In this document: positions 1 through 11,608 of the stretch, one piece after another
How positions within the stretch are numbered: position 1 is the first letter of the stretch
Layout of the letters: every line of letters starts with the position of its first letter
Source of the DNA: Proteromonas lacertae
Lineage: Eukaryota
DNA length: 50,174 bases
NCBI GenBank assembly: GCA_002245135.1
Contig: NGBS01000631.1
Span: forward strand, 1-50,174
Direction of reading: 5' to 3'
Notes under the pieces: generated by a model
The model's database searches: none
What the model saw: the letters and a program-made list of their open reading frames with translations, nothing else
Told to the model about the DNA's origin: nothing
Made by a program: the position numbers and the translations under genes

Positions 1-240
1 ATAATCTTGAATTACTATTAATATCTACTCTCTTTACTATTTCACTATACAATATTCTATTATCAATAACTGTTCCTTTTGGATTAGAGTTAAATTCAAC
101 AGATCTATCACATTCAATAATATAATAATCAGCTGATAAATCAGGAATAAATGCAACTAAGATTTCACTTGCTGATAAAGGTGTAACTGTAAAACTATTT
201 ACTGTCTGTGGATATATTGTAGGTTTAAATGGTTCTTTAC
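1..240. repeat. Terminal direct repeat, copy 1 (matches 49936-50174)
   Basis: ATAATCTTGAATTAC...GGTTCTTTAC occurs at both window ends; the only difference I found is one A (GGAATAAATGC vs GGAATAATGC). Confidence 0.95.
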
Positions 241-3200
241 ATCTTTTCATATTCACTATGACCTATTGTTGTATCACTTCTAACTCTCACATAATAATAA
301 TCTAATGATTTCAAGTTTACTATTTCTATTTTGAACCAAAACATCTACTTGGTGGTATGATCTTTTTAGTAAGCTCTTTTACACTTGTTACAGTTGTCTT
401 TTCACCACTTGCTACTACATTGATTGATTCAATATCTAATGATAAATCTAAGAAAGTAATATAGAATATATTTCCTTCTAAGATAGAATATTGAGTAACA
501 GAAACATTATTAATGAAACTTAATGATTCTAATGCAGATTCTAATGATCCATTACCCTTTTCATCGTATATATTATCTAATTTTTCATCTTTTATATTTC
601 CAACTACTTTTGAGAACAATAATGGCTTTGTTGTTACTTCAAACTGGCTTGTCTTTATATCTAATATAAATGTATCTGTATTATTATCGGATTGCAGTTG
701 TAATGACCAAATAGAGTATTGTGGATAATTACTACATCTTATCACTGTATTTGAATCTATTATTCTATCATCAATACTTATATCATAATCTGTTTCAATT
801 GTCTTAAAGTCGGGATCTTTACTAATTTGTATTGAATATGATTGAACTGTATAACCTCCATTCACACCTGATTCTTCATATGATAATTCTATTGCATTTT
901 CTTTATTTGATGGTGTTAATGTAACATTCACTGGTGATAATGGATTCTTTGTTGAATAATAACCAATTCCTGGAGGTATTGATAATTTGGATGGTGGATA
1001 AACATCTTTATAATACTCAACAATATGAATATTATACTTCACTTGACTTGGCATAATATTAAATATTTCATAAAAACCATTAACATTTGTTGAAGGAATT
1101 TCAAATTCTCTATAACCTGGTGGTAATGTACCTGGTAATGATTCAATACATTCTTTCTTGTATTCTTCTCCATTATCATCATATCTTCCATCACAAGTAA
1201 ATCCATCAACATCTTCATTATCTATTATATGATATTCAATATACACTTTTTCAACATCATCAAAAGATGATATAAAATCTATTAAATATTTGCAACTATC
1301 ATTCATTTGTGTTGTTTTAACAACTTTCACTCTTCCAATATTTGGTAATAAGTTATAACTCCATTCAATATCTTTAATCATTTTATTACAATCTTTATTT
1401 ATTGGTATATATGAACTGTAAATCTTTTCATTATTATCTCTTAATAAGTATGGTCTAAATGTATTACTATTCATATATTTATTCACATACAAAACTTGTC
1501 TTTCATTTTGACCATTTGAATCAATACCATTCTGTATTCTTCTGTAGTTAATTATATAAGAATCATCTGTTGGTGGTATTACTGTCAATAATCTCATACA
1601 TAAATGAGTTCTATATGTTATTGTTAATGTTATTGAATTTAATGTGAATTTCTTTACAACTTCAACATTTTCTAATTCTGGCATATTCTCCAATAGCATC
1701 TTTCTTATTTCAAATGGTTTTGTATCATATTTAAATGTTACATTATATACTTCATTCAGATAATATGTTAATGTATAACTCTCTGATAAAGCCAATCTGC
1801 TCTTATTCTCAAAGTATAATTCATCAATTGTAAATGATGGTTGATCTCTTTCATACATTATTAACTTCAAATGATCAATTTCATTATTTTTATTTGGATT
1901 GTATATTGTTATAAAACTTTCAATATCACTATTTGATACTGATTTTGATTTTACTGTAATATCATATTGATAATCTAATATCTTTGGTAGTTTTAAATAA
2001 CTAGGAGTTGTAGTTATATATTCACTTTCACCTATTTCATTCTTTGCTGCTACTTTGAAATAATATGTCTTTCCTTCCTCTAAACTACTTATATCTATAA
2101 TATATTCATCTACACTTGGTGTTTCAATATTTGGAACTCTTTCTACATCATCACTTCTTACATCATATTCATAACTGTTATTCAAATTATCAATTGATAA
2201 TCCATATTGTATAACATAAGATTCTACTGATTTTCCACCATTTGATAATGGTTCTTGTATTAATAATCTTATCGTGTTTGGATTTAAGAATGAGATTGAA
2301 GCTCCATTTACTACTTCTGGTACAACATCTTGTGTTTTGACTAAATCTAATGTATAACCCCAATGTTCATTATTATCAAATTCTACTTCATTTGCTGCTA
2401 ATACTCTTCCATAATAACTTGTACTTGGAGCTAAATCACTGAATATATATCTATATCCTTGTAATGGATAAACTGTATGTTGTTCTTCAATCACTTTAAA
2501 ATCAGATACTGATGATATTTCTACTACATAATATAATATTGGTTTTCCACCTGTATAAATTGGTTCTTTCCATCTCAATTCTAATGATGTACTGTTTACT
2601 ATAACAAAGTTAACATCAACTGGAGCACCTGATACTTCACATGGTATGATTGGTTCATTAACTGAAACATATTCACTTTCTCCTAACTCATTATATGCAG
2701 AAAGACTTAAATAATGATCATATCCAGTAATTACATTACTAATAATTATACATCCATTACATTTTTCACTTGTTACATGAATTGAACATTTAGGTTCACT
2801 ATTATGTCGTATTTCAAATGTACTATATTTTATTACATTCTCCAAGTGTATATTGTATGTATAAGATTGTACTACTTGAACATTCTGTTTTCCTTCTGTT
2901 GGATATCCTTGATTATAGCAATCTGTAATATTCTCATAATACTTACCTAATAAGCAATACTTTCTACCATTTATATAAATATCAATTGGAGTTCTTATAT
3001 TAAACACTATTTCACCATTATTGCTACTACTAGTGCTTCTTATACTTCTTTCTTCAAATTCAACTTCTCCAATACTAATCTAATATGGTATTCTAATTAT
3101 TGAAACTGCTTTTATTACTGGTATTGATTCAATAACACTTCTCATTTCTCTAATTTCACTTCCTAATGATATTGGATCTGAGATATATTCATCATACACT

Positions 3201-4056
3201 AATTGATATGTTTGTTCCTTTAATAAACACAATGTAATTTCATCATTATTGTTATTAATATCAATAGCATCATATAATAAATTACTCATATCCTGATTTA
3301 CACTTATTTCTATTGTTTGATCATAGTACAAGAAATTAACATCATTATAGTCGACTGTATTAGTATTATCACTTGTATAAAGAGGAGTTGTATCGTATTT
3401 CAATTTATAACCTAATATTGGCAATCCACTATAAACAGATGGAGGTTCAAATGATACTAACAAACTACGTGGAGAATCAACAGCTCCTTTTCTTATCTCT
3501 CTTATATGAATATGTGCATTATCACCTGTTAATTCATTATCAATATATTGTAATAACTCTACATCCTTTGGTTCTTGATTTTCACTAATAAATGTAATTA
3601 ACCATTCAGTTCCACCTTCTGCACCTATTGAAATGTTTCTTACTAATACATCATCAATACCATCAAATGATTCGATAATTTCTTTCATTTCATCAGCTGT
3701 AGCATTGTATGGAATTGATTTAGAAATCATTTGGTTATATAACAAATAGAAATTACCTCCTATTTCATTACCATTTTGAAGTGTTTCAATTTCATAACTG
3801 ACTTTATAACCAAACAAATCTGTTAAGTTACATCTTATTTCTTCATAATTGAATGAATTTTCAATGAATTTAATATCCCACATTCTAGTATTATTCAAAT
3901 TATAGGCCAAATTAACTTCAACATCAACATCAAACTTGTATTTGAAACAATCTTCAATATCTTCTTCAGTTGGTGGATATATTACATCACAATATGTATT
4001 CTTAAATAATATTCTTAAAGTACCTTCAATACTATTGATTTTCTCTTGTACAAATG

Positions 4057-4062
4057 CATTAC
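4057..4062. repeat. Left 6-bp target-site duplication CATTAC
   Basis: Identical to 12863-12868. Removing 4063-12868 restores the host frame ...ETQCN|AFVQEK... Confidence 0.95.
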
Positions 4063-4295
4063 TATATAGTATATAAATGGGACTCTGGGACAATGTCACA
4101 GAGTCCTAACGAGTTTTCATCGATGCAATCGATGAAGCTCCCGTAAAGGTCAACTCTGAATCTAGAAGGGGACGGACTCCTAGAACACTCGTTAGAACTC
4201 TGCGATAATGTCCCATAGTCCCATTTATGTAAGGTTCCTACGGGATTCCTCCCAACAGGGTCTACTTCTCAACGGGGTCTACTTCCCTACGGGAA
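4063..4295. repeat. Left terminal inverted repeat and hairpin region
   Basis: 4063-4106 matches the reverse complement of 12819-12862 at 39/44 positions (first 16 perfect). 4194-4295 matches the reverse complement of 12744-12846. 4073-4116 also pairs with ~4184-4228. Confidence 0.9.
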
Positions 4296-4486
4296 CTCCT
4301 GTAAGCTATTTCTATACCTATCTATGAGACGATCTCCTACGGGTACTCCTGAAAGCTATCTAGAAGTGTTGGTTACCTCGAGGTGATGATTCTAATCATG
4401 CTCTTGACTCTCCTTGCTACGCTGGTGACCTTGTAAGGGCTTTTAATTGAACCGTGGAAACCAATCGTGGAACCGGGAGTTTACAA

Positions 4487-4522
4487 TTGGTAACAAGTTA
4501 ACAATTGTTAACAAATTACCAA
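4487..4522. promoter_or_regulatory. 36-bp imperfect palindrome with perfect 16-bp core GTTAACAATTGTTAAC (candidate origin or promoter)
   Basis: TTGGTAA-caa-GTTAACAATTGTTAAC-aaa-TTACCAA; a related motif is present in the remnant near 21657-21672. Function is inferred. Confidence 0.45.
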
Positions 4523-4807
4523 ATGGTAACTCCGGGAGGTTCTAGCTAGTTGTGGATTTCTCAAGGGCCCTTGAAGATAATGATTAGCAATCTCGGGAGC
4601 TTCCTAGAGGTAAGTTACAATGACCTTATAATTCACCTAGGTAAAGTGTTCCAATGCTCAACAATTGTCCGGGAAAAATGAGACTGCTAGACCGTAGAAA
4701 CTACGGGGGGTTCTACGTTCTGAAGAGCATGGAGGATGCAGAGAAGTCAACACTCGAAGAACTCCATAGTCGTACTTTTCTTGCAATCGCTGATAAGTAA
4801 AATTACC

Positions 4808-5422
4808 ATGGCTAGCAATATTGATTCTAGTAGTCTTGCGAAGCTTTCCAGGGATGAGTTAGAAGCATTGATCATCAAGGTCGAGAAGGAACAACAAGAT
4901 CTGAAAGAGCATAAAGAGAAGACAAAGGGTAAGGCTTCGGAAGTAGCTCCAAGGAAGAGTAAGTTCAATGCTAAGTACTACATCCGATGCATCGATCAGG
5001 AGTCAGCTAAGGAATGTCTCGCGCTTACCAAGGAGATGGGGGAGTACTTCAAAGAGATCACAGGCATGACTGATGAGGAAGATACCGTGATCAACAACCA
5101 GGAGGAAATAATGAAGGCTGTGAAGATAAAGTCCATCGCTGATTACCTATTGAAGTCCTTGACCTTACAAGTACAATTCAAGGAGTCAGAGGATCGCAGC
5201 AAGACTCCATTCCCGATACTACCTTACAACTACGAGGTATTCTTAACTAAACGCAACCAAGGAAAAGCACTCAGCAAGAGGATGAAACTCAAGATGGAAT
5301 CAACTGTTCATGACAACTTACCAAGAGAAGACAACTCCCTTGATAGTAAACCATCGGAAGAAGCAACAACCCAACAAGACAACTTATCAGAAGCAGAAGA
5401 TGACTTTAACGCGGTCTTCTAA
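4808..5422 (+). CDS. Viral orphan protein with N-terminal coiled coil and acidic tail
   Basis: ORF 4736..5422; likely start MASNIDS at 4808; abuts the convergent gene at 5423. Confidence 0.65.
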   Translation: MASNIDSSSLAKLSRDELEALIIKVEKEQQDLKEHKEKTKGKASEVAPRKSKFNAKYYIRCIDQESAKECLALTKEMGEYFKEITGMTDEEDTVINNQEEIMKAVKIKSIADYLLKSLTLQVQFKESEDRSKTPFPILPYNYEVFLTKRNQGKALSKRMKLKMESTVHDNLPREDNSLDSKPSEEATTQQDNLSEAEDDFNAVF

Positions 5423-5950
5423 TTAACAGTACTCCAGGACATAGAAGCAAGGATGAACTAACACCTTAAGTAATGTTTTCTCTTGGCTCTGTTGAACTGT
5501 TTGCTTAAAACACTTCATAAGACTGACAGAGGATAACAGGCACTTGAAGTAATGATAGGAAGAGTCCTTAGAAGTCTCTTGCTCTATGTCCTCCATAGGT
5601 TGATCAGGACTGGTAAGTAGCTCCATCATGTTGAAGTCAAGGGAATCGTAGGAGAGTACCTGATGATCATCCTTCAAGGAGTTGATAAAGGACTGATGAA
5701 ACATCCCTGGCCATTGCACCGGCCTTACATTATTCAACTCAACCTTGATGAAGCCATCGGAAGATGATCGATCGAAGGAGTAAACACTCCCGTAAACAAC
5801 AAAGCTAAAGTTCATACTCAAGGTGTTCACGGTCTTCTCCTCCATACTGTTGATGAACTTACAAGGATAGCTATCTCGGAGAAGCGTAACAAGGTGATCA
5901 TCGTCAGGTAAAGGACTAGAGGAATTGTCAGGAGATTGATTGCAGCTCAT
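5423..5950 (-). CDS. Viral orphan protein, possible OB-fold-like beta domain
   Basis: 175-aa ORF; FSFVVYGSVYSFDRSSSDGFIKVELNNV resembles motifs in the other two minus-strand viral genes. Confidence 0.6.
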   Translation of the reverse strand: MSCNQSPDNSSSPLPDDDHLVTLLRDSYPCKFINSMEEKTVNTLSMNFSFVVYGSVYSFDRSSSDGFIKVELNNVRPVQWPGMFHQSFINSLKDDHQVLSYDSLDFNMMELLTSPDQPMEDIEQETSKDSSYHYFKCLLSSVSLMKCFKQTVQQSQEKTLLKVLVHPCFYVLEYC

Positions 5951-6021
5951 TACAATGCACGATGAAAATCAAGGACTATGAGAAGCTCAATAAATAATTT
6001 CCCAAGATAAAACATAAGGAC

Positions 6022-6432
6022 ATGGACACCAAAGTTATAAGCAATATTGTAATCCCTTCAGCTCACTTGCAACCCAAAGAAGAAGAAGAAGACAAGACCG
6101 AGGATAACCAAGAAGGAGATATCCAAGAAGTTGAAGACCAAGGAACTGCACCTACTTCAACACCATTGACAGAGTCACAATCAAGTGAGTTATCCATGGA
6201 AGTCAAGACTGAAGAAGTTAAACAACCAGAGTTAGAAAGAGACCGAAGTAGTCATCACTTACACGATGAACAAGACCTAGATGCTGAGCTTATTGAAGAC
6301 ATGACTGACGAAGAGATTACAAACTTAAGAAAACACCTTGAGGAACTTATCGAGGTAGAGAAGGAGTCTAAAGATGAAGACAAGGATGAGGATGATAACA
6401 ACGAGATCCAGGAAGTAAAAGAATCTGAGTAA
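6022..6432 (+). CDS. Highly acidic viral protein
   Basis: 136-aa ATG-started ORF, D/E-rich, preceded by the shared pyrimidine-AG motif. Confidence 0.65.
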   Translation: MDTKVISNIVIPSAHLQPKEEEEDKTEDNQEGDIQEVEDQGTAPTSTPLTESQSSELSMEVKTEEVKQPELERDRSSHHLHDEQDLDAELIEDMTDEEITNLRKHLEELIEVEKESKDEDKDEDDNNEIQEVKESE

Positions 6433-6494
6433 AGTACTCATAAGGAGCAACTCGCAAGGAGGTACTTACAATATCTCTTTTCTCAGGAGTAATC

Positions 6495-7397
6495 ATGAAC
6501 AAGTTCAAGAGATTCAACTTAGCTGATAGACGAAGAGTACTTTTCAAAGGCAATGGAGTAGACAAGGATGATTAAAATGACCTTCATGAAGCTTACTTAC
6601 AATCACTAGCAAGAGATGTTCAAGGAGCTATCTCCCGAAGAAGGAATCGAAGGATAGATGAACTCCGAGGAATGCTCAGAGACAACAACACGGAACATCC
6701 GATGATGGGTAAGGATGCAGAACTCCAATGAGCTTACAATGTAGCTAGTGACTATCTTACTGCCTTGGAGAACAATGAGTTGATGAGTCAAAGGATGGCA
6801 AGATCGTTGATCCCCAAGAAGACTAAGAGCAAGAACAAGAGAGTTGCTTACAAGACAGACTCCATCGTAGATGCGATATCAACTCCTGGATTCCTTGTAG
6901 TTCCTACAATCATGAAGAGCATTGAAGCTGACCGTGAAGTAAGTGACTCCTCCGAGGATCTCGACCCTTTAACAATGATGATGATGATGATGAAACAAGG
7001 AGCCAGAGGAAGCTCCGATGATGGTGATGAGAATACAAAGGCCTTACTAGGTCAACTACTTACTACTGCTGCTGCTGCTGATGATGATGATGAATCAAAG
7101 AAACCTACCTCTGAGGATATCAAAAAGGTAATGGACTCACTCAAGACTGAATACTCCGATACAGTCTTCAATGAACTAGCCGACTCCATCCATCCTACTC
7201 CTATTACAGGGAATAAGTATGTTAATGATAGCAAGTATGAATATGGAGAAGAGAAGTCAGAAGTTGAAGCTCCCGAGGATGACTCAGGTAATGAAAATGA
7301 CTCCTTAGACAACTACTTAGACGATGATGAAGAATTCGACCAGGAACTTAACAGTGCTATGAAGAAGAAGAAGAAAGCTCTTAAAGCGATAACATAA
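6495..7397 (+). pseudogene. Viral orphan protein (~300 aa) with two premature stops
   Basis: ATG at 6495 (MNKFKRFNLADRRRVLFKGNG) reads in frame into ORF 6765..7397 through TAA 6573 and TGA 6729. Confidence 0.7.
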
Positions 7398-7443
7398 GCA
7401 TGACTATCCCCAGTAATTCTTTTCCCTTAAGTATAGTCTTGTT

Positions 7444-7638
7444 ATGACTAAGAAACTCAACAAGAAGCAAAAGACAAAGCTCAAGGAGCTGATCATCAAG
7501 AGATTGAAGCAATGTAAAGCAACACCTAGCAGTCACTACTCTGACCTTTACAAGAAGTACTACCAGGCAATCACTGATCATTACAAGGATGTCGATATCA
7601 ATGTCCATGGCAATGAAATAGACTCCTCCGATCTCTAG
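7444..7638 (+). CDS. Small basic viral protein
   Basis: 64-aa Lys-rich ORF with the same upstream motif as its neighbours. Confidence 0.5.
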   Translation: MTKKLNKKQKTKLKELIIKRLKQCKATPSSHYSDLYKKYYQAITDHYKDVDINVHGNEIDSSDL

Positions 7639-7664
7639 TAATCCATTTCTCTCTAGTAAAGACG

Positions 7665-8621
7665 ATGAGAAGCAAGGCAAGTAGCAAGAGTCCCAAGAAG
7701 GTAAAGACAAGTGATGATCCTCTATTGATCATCAAGAAGCAATTGTTGGAGGAGTTCAATAAGAAGGTTGAAGGTATCACCGATGTTAAGAAGCTCTCAA
7801 CAATGACCGTGAAGATGATGGAGAACAACACCAAGGTAATGGAAGGTAACAATCAGCAGATAGTATCGATGAACTTAACTCCCAGCAATATACAATCAGG
7901 TACTATGGTAAACAACTCCCCAGCAAGAGAACTTTACAAGGCCAACATGATTAACCAGTACGGTAAAGCCAACTACTATAACTACCGAGACTTTGCTGGT
8001 AACATCAACACTCCAGCTTCAAGGAACCTCTCAGCACTCTATCCCAATCAATCAACTTACTATCGCAATCCATCGGTAAGTCTTCCTAGCTTACAGCAGC
8101 AGGCTAAACAAAATCAATGGATGAGCAATCCCCATCTAGTCTATCAACAGAACACTGCCCAGATCAACAACGTTCTTAGCAACTTACAATCAATGATCGA
8201 GAAGTACTAGTACGCAGCTCCTGATCAGAAACCATTGATCAGGACAAGCATAATCAGCTTCATCGAGAACTTAAGGAACGCTACCAACACCGGAGCTACG
8301 AACAGTGATGTTACCAGAGCAGTCTTCAATTATATCAACAACCCAGAGATCAAAGGCCTCTTGAACTTCTCCGATGAGATGATCAAGACTTTCTTTGGAC
8401 CGACAATGTACCAGAGCTTCATAGACGTCACCAACAACACGATTGGAGCAGTCGAAACCACTGCAGACTTCGGAAGGAACTTACTTAACCTCAGAGATGC
8501 TTACAATAAAGGAACCTTATGGAGTAACCTTGGTAACTTCGGAACATCCCTGGATAATGGCTTTCCAGCAGTCAAAAGACTCTTAGGATATGGCAAGGTA
8601 GGAAGAAGAATCCCCTTATGA
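7665..8621 (+). pseudogene. Viral protein (~318 aa), candidate core/structural protein, one premature stop
   Basis: ORFs 7665..8210 and 8235..8621 are in frame across TAG 8208-8210 (MIEKY*YAAPDQKPLIRT). Ends LLGYGKVGRRIPL and lies just upstream of the capsid genes. Confidence 0.65.
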
Positions 8622-8700
8622 AAGCTTTACCGAAGACGTAAGTAAGAGACTTATGGTAAATCGTTATTCAATCTTTTCCTTAAGTTCATTTTTCTCGGAC

Positions 8701-9663
8701 ATGTCCAACCAAACAAGAACGATCAGCATTAGCTCAGCTAGAAGAATTGCCCAGAAGAAGAAGTACAAAATGATCATTGCTATCCCCACCGACGTAAGGA
8801 AGGACAACTACAAGTACATTGCCTTGAAGTATGCTAGCATCCCCAACTCCTTCTATGTTGTCCAAGAAGGAGTCAATGACCAGATGACCTATGTCTTCCA
8901 GATCGCTATCCGTACTGCAGGAGATAAGTATGAACACGTAGAGTTCAACTACAACATGACAATCCCTCAAGGAGACTATAGTGGTGATGAGCTCCTTGCG
9001 ATGTTCAACAGTCCCTTTGAGAAACTAACTCAAGGAGAAGTTATCAAAGTGATAAAGACCGTCCATCCAGAGTTAGAAGCAAGTAGTACCGGAAGCAACC
9101 TCCTTATGTTCGATCCATCAACAGCCTTTGGTAAGAAGAAGTGCACGTCCTCTGATCCTCATCATATCCACACAACTAACTTAACCTTTACAGGAGCTAG
9201 TAATGTCATCGGCCTTAAAGCAAACAACATCGCTGGTAATGAGTACACAGGAGCCTTCATCTGCTCTATCAAGTTAAAGTCTCCAGGGATTGCTTATCGA
9301 TTCCTAGGGATGGGAGATACTCAATATGTCCTAGCTGATCATCAACACACTTCATCCGGTCTATTGACTTACAAGTATCCAGAAGTAACATTGCCTGGAT
9401 AGCCTACGATCATCTGGGTAGACTCTGTAAGCATCAGGATAGACATGGTGAACCAAGATCAAGACTCCAAGATCCTAGAAACTTTCCCTATCGTGGATTT
9501 TACCCAGCCTTACATTGCCTTCAACAACAACGATCTCATCTCCCGAGCAAAGCAATTAGGTAACTACACGGAAGGTCAAGTAATCGTTAGCATTACCCAA
9601 CAAGATGGCTTCCAGCTAGACCTCAAGATGCATGACTACAACTTCGAGGTAGCCTTATTCTAA
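8701..9663 (+). pseudogene. Minor capsid (penton) protein of Polinton-like virus/virophage type, one premature stop
   Basis: Typical penton motifs: TISISSARR, IALKYASIPNSFYVV, MTIPQGDYSGDELLAMFN, and C-terminal VSITQQDGFQLDLKMHDYNFEVALF. ORFs 8653..9402 and 9445..9663 are in frame across TAG 9400-9402. Confidence 0.8.
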
Positions 9664-9714
9664 GTTCCTTTCCATTGAATCATTTCCTTTGTGTATTCTA
9701 AGGAGTTATTAGCA

Positions 9715-11085
9715 ATGTCAACTCAAGTGATCATCCCCGAGGAGCAACAACATGCTCCTCTCATCCCAATCATGAATCCACTCTACCAGACTATAAAGCT
9801 TACTCCTACTCAATCTTATCCTAAGGTCGACTGCCCAGAGCAAGGCATGACTCCTGAGATCACATTTGAACTCCCTGGTAATTACTGCAGCAACTTAAGC
9901 AAGAGTTACATCCAGTTCTACGTTGACTATTACGGTAACAATGGAAAAACTATGGAACCTGATATTAAGAATGTTGATAAGTCAGGGGATTGGAAGTTCT
10001 TTTACGATACTTACGTGTTATCCAACTCTTATAACTTAACCGAGATCAAGGTCTACAACTCCAATGGAGTTCAGTTACTGTATGCAGATCATCAGTATGA
10101 GTTGTTCCGACAAATGATGGTTCAAGTGGCAAGGAAGAACATTGATAAGTATAATCAGAAGGTTTACTTTGATGGCTGCTATGCCGAGGAAAGCAAAGAC
10201 ACTGAAGACTAAGAAGTCAAGGAGTTTAAAGTAGAAAAATTAAAGGACGGGCATTACCGACGTCTAGTAAAGATCTTCCTTGGAGAGCTCTTCAATACAA
10301 TACTTAGTTCAGCAACAGATGTCTTCTTCTCGGAGAAGCTATTCATCACTTTGAGATTCGGTAAGGCTGATGGTTTCTACAATCCTAAGGAAAGTAAGAG
10401 TACTAAGTTCAATGAGATGAAGGATAGTACAGCTAGGGAGATGATTGATCTAGTAAAAGCAAAGATGATAGAACCCAATGTAAAAGTTAGCCTAGACAAC
10501 TTCTACTTCTACGTGAAGGTTAACAAGGATCCAGCCTGTAATGACAACACGATCAAGTACTGCCTTAACAAGACAATTGACTTCAATGACTTCCATTGCT
10601 TTACTGTCACTAGCAGCTCCGGTATGGACTTCTTTCGATATACCTTTACCTTGAATAGTAGTCTCGGTAAGTACATCAAGTTCATTGTCTATCGTCCTTA
10701 TGATGGGAACGACAAGATCCAGAAGCTAGATAAGCAAAGTACTAAGTTCAGATGGCTTATCAATGACTTCCAATACAACCCAGACTTTGTTAACCTCAAG
10801 GACTATGATAACTACCACATGATAAAGCCTTTGCTAGCCTGTAGCTGGCACGATCAGTACAACTACGTTCAGGAGGAAGATAAGTTCATCGAGGTACTCA
10901 ACTTTAGTAACTTTGGCTTATTCGATCTCCAAAATAGACAAGGTAAGAGAATGGATCAAGATATTAAGTTTACCTTTGAGATGTACTCCGACACCCTCAA
11001 GACCGAGAACATCTTCCATCGCTTCTACGTGGTCACTGGCCGAGGAGCTACTGTCAATGAAAGTGGTATCGTGAACATCATCTAA
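9715..11085 (+). pseudogene. Major capsid protein (double jelly-roll, ~456 aa), one premature stop
   Basis: PEITFELPGNYCSNLSKSYIQFYV and KIFLGELFNTIL...KLFITLRF resemble Polinton/PLV major capsid motifs; adjacent to the penton gene. ORFs 9691..10212 and 10351..11085 are in frame across TAA 10210-10212. Confidence 0.75.
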
Positions 11086-11537
11086 AGGACGATGATCGGA
11101 GAGATCACCTCATACTTGGGATAGATGATATCGATGGAAGGAGTTCTCTTGATCGTGAGCTGATGGTTCTTTACCCACAAGACAACTTCCTTATAAGTGC
11201 AGTCCTTATCTATCCCGTGTAGATCTTGGGTGACTTTGCTTACAACAACATAGACTTGCTTAACGTTATCGGGAGAGGCTGGTAAAGCAACATTGTACTT
11301 TGCCTGGATCTTGCATTACTTCTCGGCAATCATTAGCATCTGGTTCTTCAACTCCTCGGAGATGTTCCTCCAGCACTTGAGCTCTCCATTGTTGAATCGT
11401 AGGAAGGTAACATTCAGGAGCTGGATGATGAAGTTCTTGTCAGTCTCAATGATCTGGTGAATCGTTCCTCGGAGTTGTACTTGCCATTGAAGTGCATAAG
11501 GAACACTTACAAAGATGTTATTATCGGTGCTATCCAT
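11082..11537 (-). pseudogene. Viral orphan protein (~151 aa), one premature stop
   Basis: ORF 11316..11537 continues in frame after TAA (IAEK*CKIQAKYNVALP...SPIIVL*) to TAG at 11082, which overlaps the major capsid stop. Confidence 0.7.
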
Positions 11538-11608
11538 AGACGATTGAACCCAATATCAAAAGTTAATGATAATCAGTAAAGCCTTAAGAAGAAGTTAAGT
11601 ACTAGGAA

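Larger units (their letters stand above)
1..4062 (-). pseudogene. Giant FN3-repeat surface protein, segment downstream of the viral insertion (continues across the window junction)
   Basis: ORFs 3080..4099 and 326..3007 are in frame across one TAG (3080-3082). FN3 motifs: LRWKEPIYTGGKPILYY, LAPSTSYYGRVLAANEV, LEEGKTYYFKVAAKNEIG. Single-base shifts in A runs near 330 and 245. Confidence 0.85.

Noticed and set aside
240..340. Programmed frameshifting in the FN3 gene (also ~16590, ~16800, ~49060)
   Set aside because: The shifts are single-base indels, several in short homopolymers, and the two terminal repeat copies differ by such an indel. Sequencing error or decay is more likely.
6495..11537. 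Alternative genetic code (TAA/TAG=Gln, or all stops reassigned) in the viral element
   Set aside because: All three stop types occur internally but rarely, CAA/CAG are used abundantly (the polyQ uses CAA), and genes end cleanly at TAA/TAG/TGA, including overlapping convergent stops. Point mutation is simpler.
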